This document shows positions 52,262 through 62,762 of a DNA stretch of 64,000 nucleotides, in pieces. Both the position numbers and the translations under genes were made by a program. This stretch comes from an uncultured Planctomycetota bacterium (lineage in GTDB: Bacteria; Planctomycetota; Planctomycetia; Isosphaerales; Isosphaeraceae). The first letter of the stretch is position 1. The number at the start of each line of letters is the position of its first letter. The notes under the pieces are model-generated. The model searched no databases. It was not told where the DNA came from and saw only the letters and a list, made by a program, of their open reading frames with translations. The stretch is from positions 1,088,001 through 1,152,000 of the forward strand of contig CAWGMQ010000005.1 in assembly GCA_963823665.1 (NCBI GenBank). Direction: 5' to 3'.

Positions 52262-54010
52262 ATGAGAACACTCTTTGGGAGGTCATCGATCCGGCGCCAG
52301 CTATCTCAGCAGCGAACGCGTTCCGCCGCGACGAGACGCCGGATGGGCGATCTCGAGCTTCTCGAAGGGCGCGTGATGCTCTGTAGTTCGCCCCCGCCGT
52401 TGCCGGGCATCGGCTCTCATGTCCGAGACGTCGTGATTCAAACCTATGAGACGCTTGTGGGAGAGAAGCCGACTTTTGCCGAACAGAACCATCTTCTCCG
52501 AATTGAGGCCAGCGCGGGCCAGAATTCGCTCGTGCCGGCGATCGTCGCCACACGTGCCTTTTATGATCGGACCGCGCATGGCGATGCGAACGGCTATGTG
52601 ACGTTGGCTGCGGCGACGCTCGATCAATTCCCCGGCAGTGCTGAGGTCAATCATTTAGCGCGGCAGGTTGTCGTTCATGGTGCCGATACCCAGGTCTTGA
52701 ATCGCGTGGTACTGAGGCTGAATCCCCCCGCATCGAAGTCGCCGTATCCCACCGGCCAGCCTGACCCGTTGTACAAGTTGCTCAAGCAGAACGTTCTGAT
52801 CAATGCGGATTATTACAGCAATACGCCGAGCATTCTCGGTGCATCGCTCGGGTTCACGCATATCCTGGGCGTGCCGCGTTTGAATGGCACGACAACATCC
52901 GACGATGTGCGGGCGCGTAAGGCCGGCGGTTCTTGGGAGACGCTGAGTAGTTCGTCCGCCAGCACCGCGTCGCTGCGGGCGTACACGTCCGATGCTTCGG
53001 TGAGCGGCATCGCGACGAACTATGGCTACCCTTTGAAGTATACCGACGGCTTTCCGATCGAGTTTAGCTGGCCTGTGCTTCCGAGCTCGGTCGCGGGAAA
53101 CGATTTCCGCGTTGTGCTCAACACCGGTCAGGTGATCACCCCGCTGGCGGCCTCGATCACGCCGAATCTCGAGTACAACGAGCGGAGCACGGTCGTGATC
53201 CTGGGCTATTTCGGCAACCGGATTTCCCCTGGGCAGCCGGGTGCGATTTACCCCGTGAAGCTGGAAGTGGCCCACTCTCGCACTCCGCTCAAGCTGGTCG
53301 GTCCAGGGCCTGTCGTGGTATCGGCGGCGGGGCTTACCTACGGAAACGGCAGTACGCCGATGACCGCCTACAATCCTGGGTCGGGGCCGAAGCTGGTCGC
53401 GGCCAAGCTGAGCGTGATGTCAACCGCCGGCGAGTCGGCGCCCAAGCCCTTTTCCGGCGAGCTCCCCAATGATGGCGTTGCGCTTTACGGCTCGGCTGCC
53501 CAGTATCGGCTTCGGGTCTTCACGAGCGGTGGCTTCTCGCCGGATGGCGTCCGGTCTGTCTATCCGACGGACTTCTCGCAATTCTTCCGGATCGAGACGG
53601 TCGACGCCGACGGCGTGGCTCGTTGGCTCACCCAAACTGGCGTCGCCTACCAGTTGCCGAGCGGCAAGATCACTGTGGTCGGCCTCGCGGACTTAGGACC
53701 GGTGGAATCCAGCTACGATGACTCCTATGTTGAGGATCACGATAACCAGATCGACATCGTGCTTTCAGGAGACGAAGCAGCCATCGCCACGATCAAGGCT
53801 GTACAAATTCCCGCGTCTGGAAGTTATTCACCGTTCTACAACCCCGGCGGACCGGGAAATAACCCGACGCCGGGCGTAACCTACAGTCAACCTGGGCCGA
53901 GCCAGACCGAATCGGTGATCAATGCGCTCACCAATCCGATGACAATTACGTACACCGCCCCTGGCAGGGCGGTCGCGAAAGCTGAGAAACGCGATCGCTC
54001 GATATCGTGA
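52262..54010 (+). CDS. Planctomycete extracellular protein of unknown function
   Basis: Arg-rich N-terminus with LELLEGRVML; domain with DGFPIEFSWPVLP and EDHDNQIDI. Confidence 0.7.
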   Translation: MRTLFGRSSIRRQLSQQRTRSAATRRRMGDLELLEGRVMLCSSPPPLPGIGSHVRDVVIQTYETLVGEKPTFAEQNHLLRIEASAGQNSLVPAIVATRAFYDRTAHGDANGYVTLAAATLDQFPGSAEVNHLARQVVVHGADTQVLNRVVLRLNPPASKSPYPTGQPDPLYKLLKQNVLINADYYSNTPSILGASLGFTHILGVPRLNGTTTSDDVRARKAGGSWETLSSSSASTASLRAYTSDASVSGIATNYGYPLKYTDGFPIEFSWPVLPSSVAGNDFRVVLNTGQVITPLAASITPNLEYNERSTVVILGYFGNRISPGQPGAIYPVKLEVAHSRTPLKLVGPGPVVVSAAGLTYGNGSTPMTAYNPGSGPKLVAAKLSVMSTAGESAPKPFSGELPNDGVALYGSAAQYRLRVFTSGGFSPDGVRSVYPTDFSQFFRIETVDADGVARWLTQTGVAYQLPSGKITVVGLADLGPVESSYDDSYVEDHDNQIDIVLSGDEAAIATIKAVQIPASGSYSPFYNPGGPGNNPTPGVTYSQPGPSQTESVINALTNPMTITYTAPGRAVAKAEKRDRSIS

Positions 54011-54018
54011 ACCGCGCC

Positions 54019-54159
54019 AGTTCCGCGGCCTTCAGCCCGGACGGCTCGCGCATCGTCACCGGCAGCGTGGACGCGACGGCGCACGTCTGGGACGCCACGC
54101 CGATCAGCCCGGAACTCCTGCACAAGGAACCCGCCCCACCGCCAGCGGCCGTGAAGTGA
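54019..54159 (+). pseudogene. Remnant of a WD40 protein C-terminus
   Basis: SSAAFSPDGSRIVTGSVDATAHVWDA...*: one WD40 blade with no gene start. Confidence 0.6.
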
Positions 54160-54505
54160 CTTCGCGTGTTCGCCGTCCAACCGGCGACCGAGGACCGAAG
54201 CGGCGAGGCTGTCTCTTGGGCAGAACGGCCGTTCTCCACGACGCAGTGATCAAAACCACGCGCGCCGGATCTGAGAAGCTCGGGAAGCCGTCTCTTGCAA
54301 ACCCATGAGCGTATGATGCTCTGCCCTGGCAGAGAATTTGGGGCCGATATGCTTGCGCAAACCATTCTCGTGCACTAAGATCGGTCCATGACAGAGAGAC
54401 CGCCTTCGCAGCCAGCCGACCACGCCGAAGATTTCAGCCGCCGCGATGCCAAAGACCTCGAAATCGTCGCCGGACAGGCGATGATGGACCTCGGAATCGC
54501 CAAGA

Positions 54506-54745
54506 CCGGAGTGATTGGGAGAACGCGGCCTGTCACGTCGTTGCAGGGGACACGACGCGGAGAAGACGCGCGGGCATGACCCTGAAGGCCGTCTTTCTCA
54601 GCCGTGCTCACGTCGGGATCATCATCGAGCATACCCATTGTCTAGCTCCCCCACGCTTGAGATCGCAGCGATCCACTGATGGTATGCCATCCCGCCGGGC
54701 ACGGAAGGTTAAGCGCGCACAGTCCGCTGAGCCAGCGGCCGAAGG
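54506..54745 (-). repeat. Truncated duplicate of the antitoxin 5' half and upstream region (46453-46700)
   Basis: Near-identical DNA encoding MGMLDDDPDVST...RVLPITP, then breaks off. Confidence 0.85.
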
Positions 54746-54940
54746 AACGGCTCTAAACCAACGGAATCCGGCGCTAATCCATCCGCAACTGCGCAAACGT
54801 CGAACGGGTCAGAGCCAATAAAACGGTTTTTCGTGGGGGCCGCATCGATTATCCTGGAAGGCAAGACCGTATGCCGGATCGGAGTCCCCCGGGCGCACCG
54901 TTTCATTCGGCCGAATCGGAATTCAGGAGCCAGGTAATCT

Positions 54941-55555
54941 ATGTCCACGATCACAGCGACGAAGTCGAGGAAGCCTTCAAGCGACCCGTGCTGGATCCCG
55001 TCATCGCTCTATCGCTTGACTCTGGAACAGTACGAGGCGATGGTCGACGCCGGCATCTTCACCGGGCGGGACAAGGTGCAGCTCATCAACGGGTACCTGG
55101 TGGCCAAGATGACCCAAAATACGCCCCACGCGACGGCCGATGACCTGTGTGGCGATCGGCTCAATCGCGTGATTCCACCCGGCTGGTATGTGCGGGCAGC
55201 CAAGCCGATCCGGCTCCCGACCGAATCCAGCGAGCCCGAACCGGACCGATGTGTGGTTCGGGGTGGCATCCGGGATTATTCGGCCCGACATCCCGGGCCG
55301 GCCGATCTCGCCCTGGCGGTCGAGGTAGCGGATTCCAGCCTCGAAGATGACCGCATGCAGGCCGACATCTACGGCCGGGCCGGCATCCCGGTCTACTGGA
55401 TCGTCAACTTGATTGATCGCCAGGTCGAGGTCTATTCGAACCCCGGCCCTTCCGGTTACCAGTCGCTCGAAGCGTTCGTACCGCCGCATGTCCTCACCGT
55501 GATGATCGATGGCGTCGAAGTCGGAGAGATCCCGGTGGCCGAAATCTTGCCTTGA
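54941..55555 (+). CDS. Uma2 family endonuclease-like protein
   Basis: EPEPD, LAVEVADSS, Y.RAGIPVYWIVNL. Confidence 0.9.
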   Translation: MSTITATKSRKPSSDPCWIPSSLYRLTLEQYEAMVDAGIFTGRDKVQLINGYLVAKMTQNTPHATADDLCGDRLNRVIPPGWYVRAAKPIRLPTESSEPEPDRCVVRGGIRDYSARHPGPADLALAVEVADSSLEDDRMQADIYGRAGIPVYWIVNLIDRQVEVYSNPGPSGYQSLEAFVPPHVLTVMIDGVEVGEIPVAEILP

Positions 55556-55572
55556 TCGCGGAATGACCGTGA

Positions 55573-55980
55573 ATGACGATCTTCAAGGCGAATTTGGCGG
55601 CATGTCTGGTCTTTGCTCTGGCGATATTCGCCATCGGGTCTGTGTCACAGCGTGCCTTGCCCCGCTTCACGCTCGACGACATGGCAATCGTGGCTGCTTG
55701 CACATCGCCAGCCTGGCTCTGGGCCGCCGGCGCATGGGTGACGCGGGGGCGGCGCCGGCTGGCGCTCGCGTGGCTGGTGGCCTCAATTCTATTGATGACG
55801 GTCGCGATTGGCGTCTGTGCGATCGACGGCTGGAGCATGCTGCAGGAGCCGGTCGGTGAACAGACCCAGCACATGGGGATGTTTTTCGAAATGATCTCTC
55901 AATGGGCCCTGGGAATCGTCCTACTCGCGCTTGTTGGCTTGGCGCGGGTTGTGACGCGATCGCACTCGCCTCGAACGTGA
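55573..55980 (+). CDS. Hypothetical membrane protein (about four TM helices)
   Basis: Four hydrophobic stretches. Confidence 0.6.
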   Translation: MTIFKANLAACLVFALAIFAIGSVSQRALPRFTLDDMAIVAACTSPAWLWAAGAWVTRGRRRLALAWLVASILLMTVAIGVCAIDGWSMLQEPVGEQTQHMGMFFEMISQWALGIVLLALVGLARVVTRSHSPRT

Positions 55981-56073
55981 GCATGACACACTCCGGATTG
56001 CGTTCATCGTTCCGCTCCCGACGAACGAATCATGCTCCACCCAACATTAACCCGAGCCCGATAGGTTTCCGGC

Positions 56074-56613
56074 TCACGCCGGCTCCCAAAGTACATTCCC
56101 ATCATAGTCGAACAGAGGAATGCCAAGGCGCCGGAAATCGGCAATGAAAGCACCCATTACCGAGTCGGCGTCCGCATGATGCACGGCCACACCGGTCAGA
56201 TCCTCGGGCGCGATACGATCCCGCACGTACACTTCATCCTGGCATAGGACCACCCAATTGTCCCCCATGGACTCAGGTGTCAACACAGGAAAGGCCGGGT
56301 CAACAAAGACGCTGAACCGGCCCGGCTCGTCGATCGTGTAGAGGAAGGACTGAGGGCCAAATCGGTGCAGGAAGACCAGACTGGCGTACGGCACGGGGGT
56401 GCCGGTCACCACCAGTTGGAGGTCCGAGCAAACCGAACCGTCCGGGCAGGAGCCCGGCGCTTGCAACCCGTTCCGCAAGATGCCCCCAAGGCGGTCAACC
56501 CGCACCGAGCGGGGCTTTCGTGGGTACCGGGTGGATACGTGGAAGAGGGCTCCGGAGTGCCAGAGCGAAGGGCGCTGCTCCTTCGCCCGGAATACTGGTT
56601 CCCCGCCCGGCAA
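56074..56613 (-). CDS. Hypothetical protein, possibly DarT-like ADP-ribosyltransferase fold
   Basis: LFH...LGGILRNGL...QDEVYVRDRI resembles the DarT pattern xYH..NL.SIL..GL...QAEVLV..xI; start uncertain. Confidence 0.4.
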   Translation of the reverse strand: MPGGEPVFRAKEQRPSLWHSGALFHVSTRYPRKPRSVRVDRLGGILRNGLQAPGSCPDGSVCSDLQLVVTGTPVPYASLVFLHRFGPQSFLYTIDEPGRFSVFVDPAFPVLTPESMGDNWVVLCQDEVYVRDRIAPEDLTGVAVHHADADSVMGAFIADFRRLGIPLFDYDGNVLWEPA

Positions 56614-57106
56614 GGGCTCGTCCCCTCGTTCGGACGTATCGTCTTTGCGCGGAAGGTTGATCGCTCACGCGGCTCCTCGCAATCCACAACCGGCAGTCAA
56701 GAGTGATCCGGCCCGACTTCAGACCGCTGGGACTAACGTCAAGGCCCAGCGTCCGCTGTCGCCACGAGGTAGACGGGGCGGGAGGCGCTTGGCCACCGGC
56801 CCCGCGCCGGAATCGCATCCCGCGCCTGCCCCGCCGGAATCGCCGGCCGACGACATCAGCATGCCGCGCACGCGGTGCGCGGGCAAGAGGCCGGCCGCCG
56901 GCGCACGGCGCGACGAAAATCGGTGTCATAGCGTCAGGCAAGCTCGAGCAAGGAGGAAGAGACTCGAACGCGGAATCCTTGTCAATCCGGTGTGCACGTG
57001 TGCCATCGGTTGGTCAGGCTTGGCGGCTTCGCCAGAAAAATCTGGGACTGGAGTATTTTCCTGACCTGGCATCTGCCCGTGTGGCTGGCCCCCCGGGCTT
57101 GACCCC

Positions 57107-57697
57107 TCAACGCACGACAGGTCGAAGCCACTCGGAGATGGGTTCCTGGAGATGCCGCAGTTGCCCGTGTTCGAAAACGGCCACCTGACGGTAGGGGACA
57201 TTCAGGTCGCTGTTGTCGTACACGAGCACATGAGGTAACCGCGGGACGGACGCCTGGAGGTTGGCGAGCGTTCGAGAAAACCTCGATCGAAGCTTGTCGT
57301 CGGGAACATCATGCCCACCTTGCGAAACCCGCATCGCCACACGCTCAGTCGATTGATCGGGGCTGGAGAGCCCGATGTAACACAACACCACGACGTAGCC
57401 GCATGCCGCTGCTTCGGCAAGAAACGCGATCTTGTCGCCGACCGGATCGGAGAAAACGGTCTCAAAGACGAAACTCTCCCCACGACCGATCAATGTCTTT
57501 CTCAAGGCATCCGCCAGGCGAGCCGCCTCGTACGGTTCGACCGCGAGTTCGGCGGCCAGCACATCCGCGTTGACGAAACGCAAGCCGGCCGAGGCAAGGT
57601 GCGCGTGGAAGAATGTGGTCTTCCCCGCACCATTCGGACCGGCAATCGCCACAACGATCGGCCGACGATCAAACTCGGCGAGCTCCATCAAGGCCAT
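57107..57697 (-). CDS. Zeta-toxin-like P-loop kinase/ATPase
   Basis: IAGPNGAGKTT, FVNAD, FETVFS, RVAMRVSQGGHDVP, YDNS. Confidence 0.88.
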   Translation of the reverse strand: MALMELAEFDRRPIVVAIAGPNGAGKTTFFHAHLASAGLRFVNADVLAAELAVEPYEAARLADALRKTLIGRGESFVFETVFSDPVGDKIAFLAEAAACGYVVVLCYIGLSSPDQSTERVAMRVSQGGHDVPDDKLRSRFSRTLANLQASVPRLPHVLVYDNSDLNVPYRQVAVFEHGQLRHLQEPISEWLRPVVR

Positions 57698-58062
57698 GGG
57701 ACCGCCTGGAATTCCCGACCAACAAATCGCCCCACCGTTCGCTTGCCATCGCCATCGATCCGGACAAGCAGGCCCGGCGAGCCGGGAACTGACTGATAGT
57801 GCGGAAACGGCCGAGACTCGAGGTATTCCGCGACACGGCGGCGCCCCGCAGCCGAATCAACCGAGGCCAAACACTTCGACAGCGGAATTGCCGCGCCAGC
57901 CCGCCGTAGGGCGAGTGCTCGGGAGCCTTCGAGCAATGGTTCGATCGCTCGGCCGAGTTGCGCCCAGAACTCGATCTGACCAGCAATCGACCTCTCTGCG
58001 ATCTCTGCGGTCAGCCGAGCATCGAGAATGAGTTCGTCGGATATTTTGACGGGCTGGCTCAT
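57688..58062 (-). CDS. ParD-like (RHH) antitoxin
   Basis: MSQPVKISDELILDAR......RSIAGQIEFWAQLGRAIE; overlaps the toxin start. Confidence 0.85.
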   Translation of the reverse strand: MSQPVKISDELILDARLTAEIAERSIAGQIEFWAQLGRAIEPLLEGSRALALRRAGAAIPLSKCLASVDSAAGRRRVAEYLESRPFPHYQSVPGSPGLLVRIDGDGKRTVGRFVGREFQAVPWP

Positions 58063-58070
58063 AACGTCAT

Positions 58071-58087
58071 GGTAGCATTTTGCTACC
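58071..58087. promoter_or_regulatory. Palindromic operator upstream of the antitoxin
   Basis: GGTAGCA-TTT-TGCTACC perfect inverted repeat 8 nt upstream of ATG 58062. Confidence 0.65.
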
Positions 58088-58207
58088 GAATGATCAAGTC
58101 GTCCACGCGCGGGTTTCTGCGGAGCGGGAAGAGACGTTAGAAACCGATGCACATGAACGAATTCAACTCTGCCACGGCGGAGAAGGGGCGGCCGTCACCG
58201 GGGCCAT

Positions 58208-61200
58208 CTACATCTGTTTCTCCGGCTGCAATGCACTCCCGGCCAGAAGCGCGTCGGCCTCTTTCAGGAGCCTTTGCGCTTCTTGATTGCTCGCCCAGTT
58301 CGGCTTCTGCGACGTCTCGCGGAGCTGGGTCAGACTCGCCCGCGCCTGGTCGGGCTCACCGATCTGGAACCGGGTCATGGCCAGGAAGGCCAGGTCGGCT
58401 GGAACCGAACCTCCCTCGGCCTCCCGGTTGAGCGTTTCCGCGCGCGTCAGCGTGGTCAGGGCCTCCTGGTACTTCCCCAGGCGGTACTGGGCCATCCCGA
58501 GGGTGGTGTGGTAGGAGCCCACGAACGGCATGAGACGGCAAGCGATTTCCGCGCGCTTTACTGCCAGCCCGTACGCGGAGGGTTCCGCGCCCGGCCGACC
58601 GGCCACGGCTCGGCTGGCCCGGTCGAGGTGCAACGGCAATTCCACGAATCGCTCCGCCAGGGCCAGCGCTTCTTGGCGTACAGGCTCGCTAAGCGCGGGA
58701 TTGGCGCGGAGGGACGCGAGGACCTCAGACCGGAACAGAGGCTTGGCGAAGAGAGACCTCACCTCCCGCTCGGCCTCCCGACGCACCCGGTTTCGCCAGA
58801 CCGGCTCGACCAGGGTGAGGGCTCGCTGACGCACGGCATCGCTGATGGCGCAATCTCTGACCCGGGCCGAGACCGCCTCCGGGGTCGGCGATTGGGTGAA
58901 CAGGAACTTGACCAGGCTTGCCGCCTGCCGCTCGTCGCCAAGTTCCGCGTCGAGGGGGATTCCTTCCCAGATCGTCACGACTCTGTCCCCGCTGGCCGCA
59001 AGGCGCCGGCCGCCGCGACCGAACGCTATACGGGGAACCTGGGCAGGCGCCCCGCGCAGGGTAAGGATTTCCTGTCCGGTGAGCGCGTCCCAGAGCTTCA
59101 CTTCACTATAGAGACGCTCGCCTCCCTTGCTCGTCCCGCCCGCGGCGGTGACAAGCCGCCGGCCGTCGGGACTGTACATCAACCAATGGACGGCGCTCGT
59201 ACCTCCGCGAAGAGTAAGGCACGTCTCTCCCGTGACCGGGTCCCAGACCTTGACCGACCCGTCTTGACTCGCGGCGGCGAGCCGCTTGCCGTCGGGACTG
59301 TACACGATGCGCGTGACAACTCCCTCGAAGCTGGGCAGCGTGAGGACTTCCTGTCCCGTGGCCGCCTTCCAGACGCGCACGGTTCCACTCGCACTCGTGG
59401 CCAGGCGCTCGCCATCGGGGCTAAAGGTCACGCTGGCGAGCCCCGGGTCGCTGTCGCGCTCGGTTCGCTCGGGCAGCGTCAAGACCATCTGCCCTTTGCT
59501 CAGGTCCCAGATCATGGCCTCGCCTGAGACGGGTCGTCCTCTCCGCGCCGATGAGCGACTGATCGAAGCGAGCCGCTGGCCGTCGGAGCTAAAGGCCACA
59601 GCCGAGATGGAGGCGGTGTGTCCGCGCAAACAGAGGATTTCAGAGCCGTTCGTCGCATCCCAGACGCGCACGGTCCGATCCACTCCGACAGAAGCGAGCC
59701 GCCCGCCGTCGGGACTGTACGCCACGCCCAAAACGGAATCGAAATGCCCGATCATTGTGAAGACCTCCACCCCCGTTGTGGTGTCCAGGACGTGCAAGAA
59801 TGGACCGCTGGCGATTGCCAACGTTCGACCGTCCGTGGCAAACGCCACATCAGCTACGTTGCCGAAGTTCCCGCTCAAGGCGACGGCTTCCGCAGCCGCC
59901 GTTGCATCCCAGAGCTTCACGGTGCCGTCCCCGCCCCCGGAGGCCAGTCGCCATCCGTCCGGGCTGAACGCCACACTGGCGACGGTGTCGGTGTGGCCAT
60001 GCAAGACCAGGGCCGCATCCCCGGTGGTCACGTCCCAGACCTGCACGATATTATTGCCGGCCGCGGCCGCAAGCCGCCCGCCGTCTGGGCTGAATGCCAG
60101 ACCGCCGATTCCCTGGTTATTGTGAAACGCCTGAATCTCGCTTCCCGTGTCGGCGTCCCAGACCTTGGCTCCATCGTTGCCGCCGGAACCGAGCCGTCGG
60201 CCGTCAGCGCTGTATGCCAGGCAATTGAGCGTGTTCGGTTGCTTGCTCAAGTGAATGATCTCTTTTCCGGTCGTGGGGTCGCAGACGCGGACCGTACGAC
60301 CATCGATGAACGCAAGCTGGCCCTGCCGCTTTGCCCCGGCAGGACGAAAGGCGAGAGCGCTCATGGTACTTCCCCATTGCCCGGAATCGGTCCCGGGTAT
60401 GCGCACGAGTTGCCTGCCATCGACCGCGTCCCAAACCTTTACCTCGCCGGGCAAAATCCCTCCTCCCGGACTGACGCCTACGGAAAAGGAGGCGAGCATC
60501 CGGCCGTCCGGGCTGAACGCCAGGCCTCGCACGGGGGCGGCGTGCGCGGGCAGGGTAGACAGCTCACGTCCGTCTGCCGGGTCCCAGATCTTGATTTCGC
60601 CCGGAGTGTGCACACCTCCATTTGCCGAGGCCAGCCGCCGGCCGTCGGGACTGAATGCCACGCAGGATACGAGGTCCTTGTGCCCGGTCAGGCAAAAGCG
60701 CTCCCGGCCCGTCGCGACATCCCAGACTTTGACTTCTCCACGTTGGCCAAAATTGCCGCTGGCGGAAGCGAGCAGCTTGCCGTCAGGAGAGAACGCCACG
60801 CAGCGCACGGGCGCGGAGTGGCCGGGCAAGGTGCTCATGTCGAGGCGGCACAGGCGCTTCAGGTGGTACCACTCGAAGCTTCGCAGGTCCGGCTGTTCGG
60901 GTGAGCGCGGCTCGAGGACGTCGAGCCGTTTTTCGAGAGAAGCGATCTCGCCCTGTTCCCAGTCTTTCTGGGCAAGGGTGCTTTCTGCGGCGTACCAGCG
61001 GAGGTCGCTCCGCGCTTTCTCCGCGCGTGCGATGCGGGCGCTTGCGAGTGCGTCTGCCGCGCGGTTGCTCGCCTGGATCGCGTAATACGAAGTGCTGGCC
61101 ATGCCGAGCAAGAGCGAGGCCGCCACCGCGCCGAGCAAAAGCGCAACTACCGGGTTGCGCCGGCACCATCGCCATGCGCGCTCCGGGCCGGAGATGGGCC

Positions 61201-62389
61201 GGGCGACGATCGGTAGGCCGGCGCGGAAGCGGCGGAGGTCGTCGGCCATCGCCGCGACGTCGGGGTAGCGCCGATCGGGATCTTTTTGGAGCGCCTTGAG
61301 GCAGATCGTCTCGAGGTCGCCCGGCATGCGGGGGAGGAGCTGCGACGGAGCAACGGGCTCGGCGGTGCGGATCAGGTCGAGGGTGTCGATGATGGACGAC
61401 CCGCGAAACGGCGGTCGTCCGGTGAGCATCTCGTAGAGGGTGGCACCCAGCGCATACTGGTCGGCGGCGGGGCCGGCCCTCTCGGCACCAGTGGTCTGTT
61501 CGGGGGCCATGTAGCTCGGCGAGCCGAGGATCCACCCGGTGCCGGTCTGGCCGGAGTCGGCCTCCATCCGCTTGACCAGGCCAAAGTCGGCGATCTTCGG
61601 CGTCCCGTCGCCGGCCAGGAGGACGTTCGCCGGCTTGATATCGCGGTGGACGATCCCGCGGCGGTGGGCCACGCCCATGGCCCGGGCCAGCGTCTCGACG
61701 ATCTGCGCGGCGGCGTCAGTGGGCTGCGGTTTGCCGGCGATCCGCTCGGCCAGGCTGCCGCCCTCGAGGAACTCGAGCGAAAAGTAGGGCAGGCCGTCGC
61801 GCTCGCCGATCTCGAAGATCTTGACGATGTTGGGGTGGTCGATGGCGGCGACCGCGCGGGCCTCTGCCTCGAACCGGGCCAGGTCGTCCGGTTGTGCACC
61901 CGCGCCGGCCTTGATCATCTTCAGCGCGACCAGGCGGTCGAGCCGGAGGTGCCGCGCCTTGTAGACGACCCCCATACCGCCGGTGCCCAGTACGCCCAGG
62001 ACGTCGTAGCCTGCGATCCGGGGCAGTTCGCGGCGCTCGCGGCCGCCGGACAATCGGGACGCCAATTCCGTATTCGCGGCCGCAAGACCAGGAGAGTGCA
62101 CGAAGCGGTCGGTGGCATCGGGGTCGTAGTCAGCCGTCGCGTCACGGCCCGGGCCGGTCGTGGCGTCGGCATCCGCGTCGGATGTGGACTCACGTTCGAC
62201 GTGGGTGCTCGCGCCACGGTCGAGGAACGTTGTTGGGTCGCCCTCGGAAACTATGGGCGCGTCACGATCCAAGGGTGCGCTCGCGGCGCGTTCGATATGT
62301 GTGGGAGCCTCACGGTCGAACTTCGTGGGGACGTCGCGCTCGCGGTCCTCCGCATTCGGATTCGAGGCCTCCTCTGGACGACCTGCCAT
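58208..62389 (-). CDS. Hanks-type Ser/Thr kinase with a TM segment, WD40 repeats and TPR tail
   Basis: LGTGGMGVVY, VALK, HRDIKPAN, DFGL, GSPSYMAPEQ; many (F/Y)SPDG..WD blades. Confidence 0.95.
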   Translation of the reverse strand: MAGRPEEASNPNAEDRERDVPTKFDREAPTHIERAASAPLDRDAPIVSEGDPTTFLDRGASTHVERESTSDADADATTGPGRDATADYDPDATDRFVHSPGLAAANTELASRLSGGRERRELPRIAGYDVLGVLGTGGMGVVYKARHLRLDRLVALKMIKAGAGAQPDDLARFEAEARAVAAIDHPNIVKIFEIGERDGLPYFSLEFLEGGSLAERIAGKPQPTDAAAQIVETLARAMGVAHRRGIVHRDIKPANVLLAGDGTPKIADFGLVKRMEADSGQTGTGWILGSPSYMAPEQTTGAERAGPAADQYALGATLYEMLTGRPPFRGSSIIDTLDLIRTAEPVAPSQLLPRMPGDLETICLKALQKDPDRRYPDVAAMADDLRRFRAGLPIVARPISGPERAWRWCRRNPVVALLLGAVAASLLLGMASTSYYAIQASNRAADALASARIARAEKARSDLRWYAAESTLAQKDWEQGEIASLEKRLDVLEPRSPEQPDLRSFEWYHLKRLCRLDMSTLPGHSAPVRCVAFSPDGKLLASASGNFGQRGEVKVWDVATGRERFCLTGHKDLVSCVAFSPDGRRLASANGGVHTPGEIKIWDPADGRELSTLPAHAAPVRGLAFSPDGRMLASFSVGVSPGGGILPGEVKVWDAVDGRQLVRIPGTDSGQWGSTMSALAFRPAGAKRQGQLAFIDGRTVRVCDPTTGKEIIHLSKQPNTLNCLAYSADGRRLGSGGNDGAKVWDADTGSEIQAFHNNQGIGGLAFSPDGGRLAAAAGNNIVQVWDVTTGDAALVLHGHTDTVASVAFSPDGWRLASGGGDGTVKLWDATAAAEAVALSGNFGNVADVAFATDGRTLAIASGPFLHVLDTTTGVEVFTMIGHFDSVLGVAYSPDGGRLASVGVDRTVRVWDATNGSEILCLRGHTASISAVAFSSDGQRLASISRSSARRGRPVSGEAMIWDLSKGQMVLTLPERTERDSDPGLASVTFSPDGERLATSASGTVRVWKAATGQEVLTLPSFEGVVTRIVYSPDGKRLAAASQDGSVKVWDPVTGETCLTLRGGTSAVHWLMYSPDGRRLVTAAGGTSKGGERLYSEVKLWDALTGQEILTLRGAPAQVPRIAFGRGGRRLAASGDRVVTIWEGIPLDAELGDERQAASLVKFLFTQSPTPEAVSARVRDCAISDAVRQRALTLVEPVWRNRVRREAEREVRSLFAKPLFRSEVLASLRANPALSEPVRQEALALAERFVELPLHLDRASRAVAGRPGAEPSAYGLAVKRAEIACRLMPFVGSYHTTLGMAQYRLGKYQEALTTLTRAETLNREAEGGSVPADLAFLAMTRFQIGEPDQARASLTQLRETSQKPNWASNQEAQRLLKEADALLAGSALQPEKQM

Positions 62390-62467
62390 GAGTGTTCCCA
62401 CCTACCACGACCGACCTGGCACGGTTGCGCTAGCGGGTCGGAGCGTGATTCGACGAGGAGCACATTT

Positions 62468-62713
62468 TTATCCGTTCCCCATCGCACAACTACAAACGCC
62501 CGTGTCCGCGTTAACTCCGCATGTATCATTCAGGCTACAGCACGTGGCAACACCGTTCTCGCAAACGCAAGACGTGGGCGTGCTTCCCGAACAGTTGACG
62601 CTGACGCCTCTGGCAGGTTGGATGCCGGCGATCGAGTTGCCGCGGGAGGGCCCGCGCGTTGGCCAGGAAACACTCCCACGGAGAACCGCGGGTGCTTGTA
62701 CGGGAAGCTTCAT
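62468..62713 (-). CDS. Cys-rich precursor-like peptide 3 (81 aa, 8 Cys)
   Basis: MKLPVQAPAVLR...GIQPA|RGVSVNCSGSTPTSCVCENGVATCCSLNDTCGVNADTGVCSCAMGNG; RBS AAGGAGA. Confidence 0.8.
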   Translation of the reverse strand: MKLPVQAPAVLRGSVSWPTRGPSRGNSIAGIQPARGVSVNCSGSTPTSCVCENGVATCCSLNDTCGVNADTGVCSCAMGNG

Positions 62714-62762
62714 GTCCGGTCTCCTTTCAAATGGACCCCTGGAAAAAACGTGCGCGGATGGC

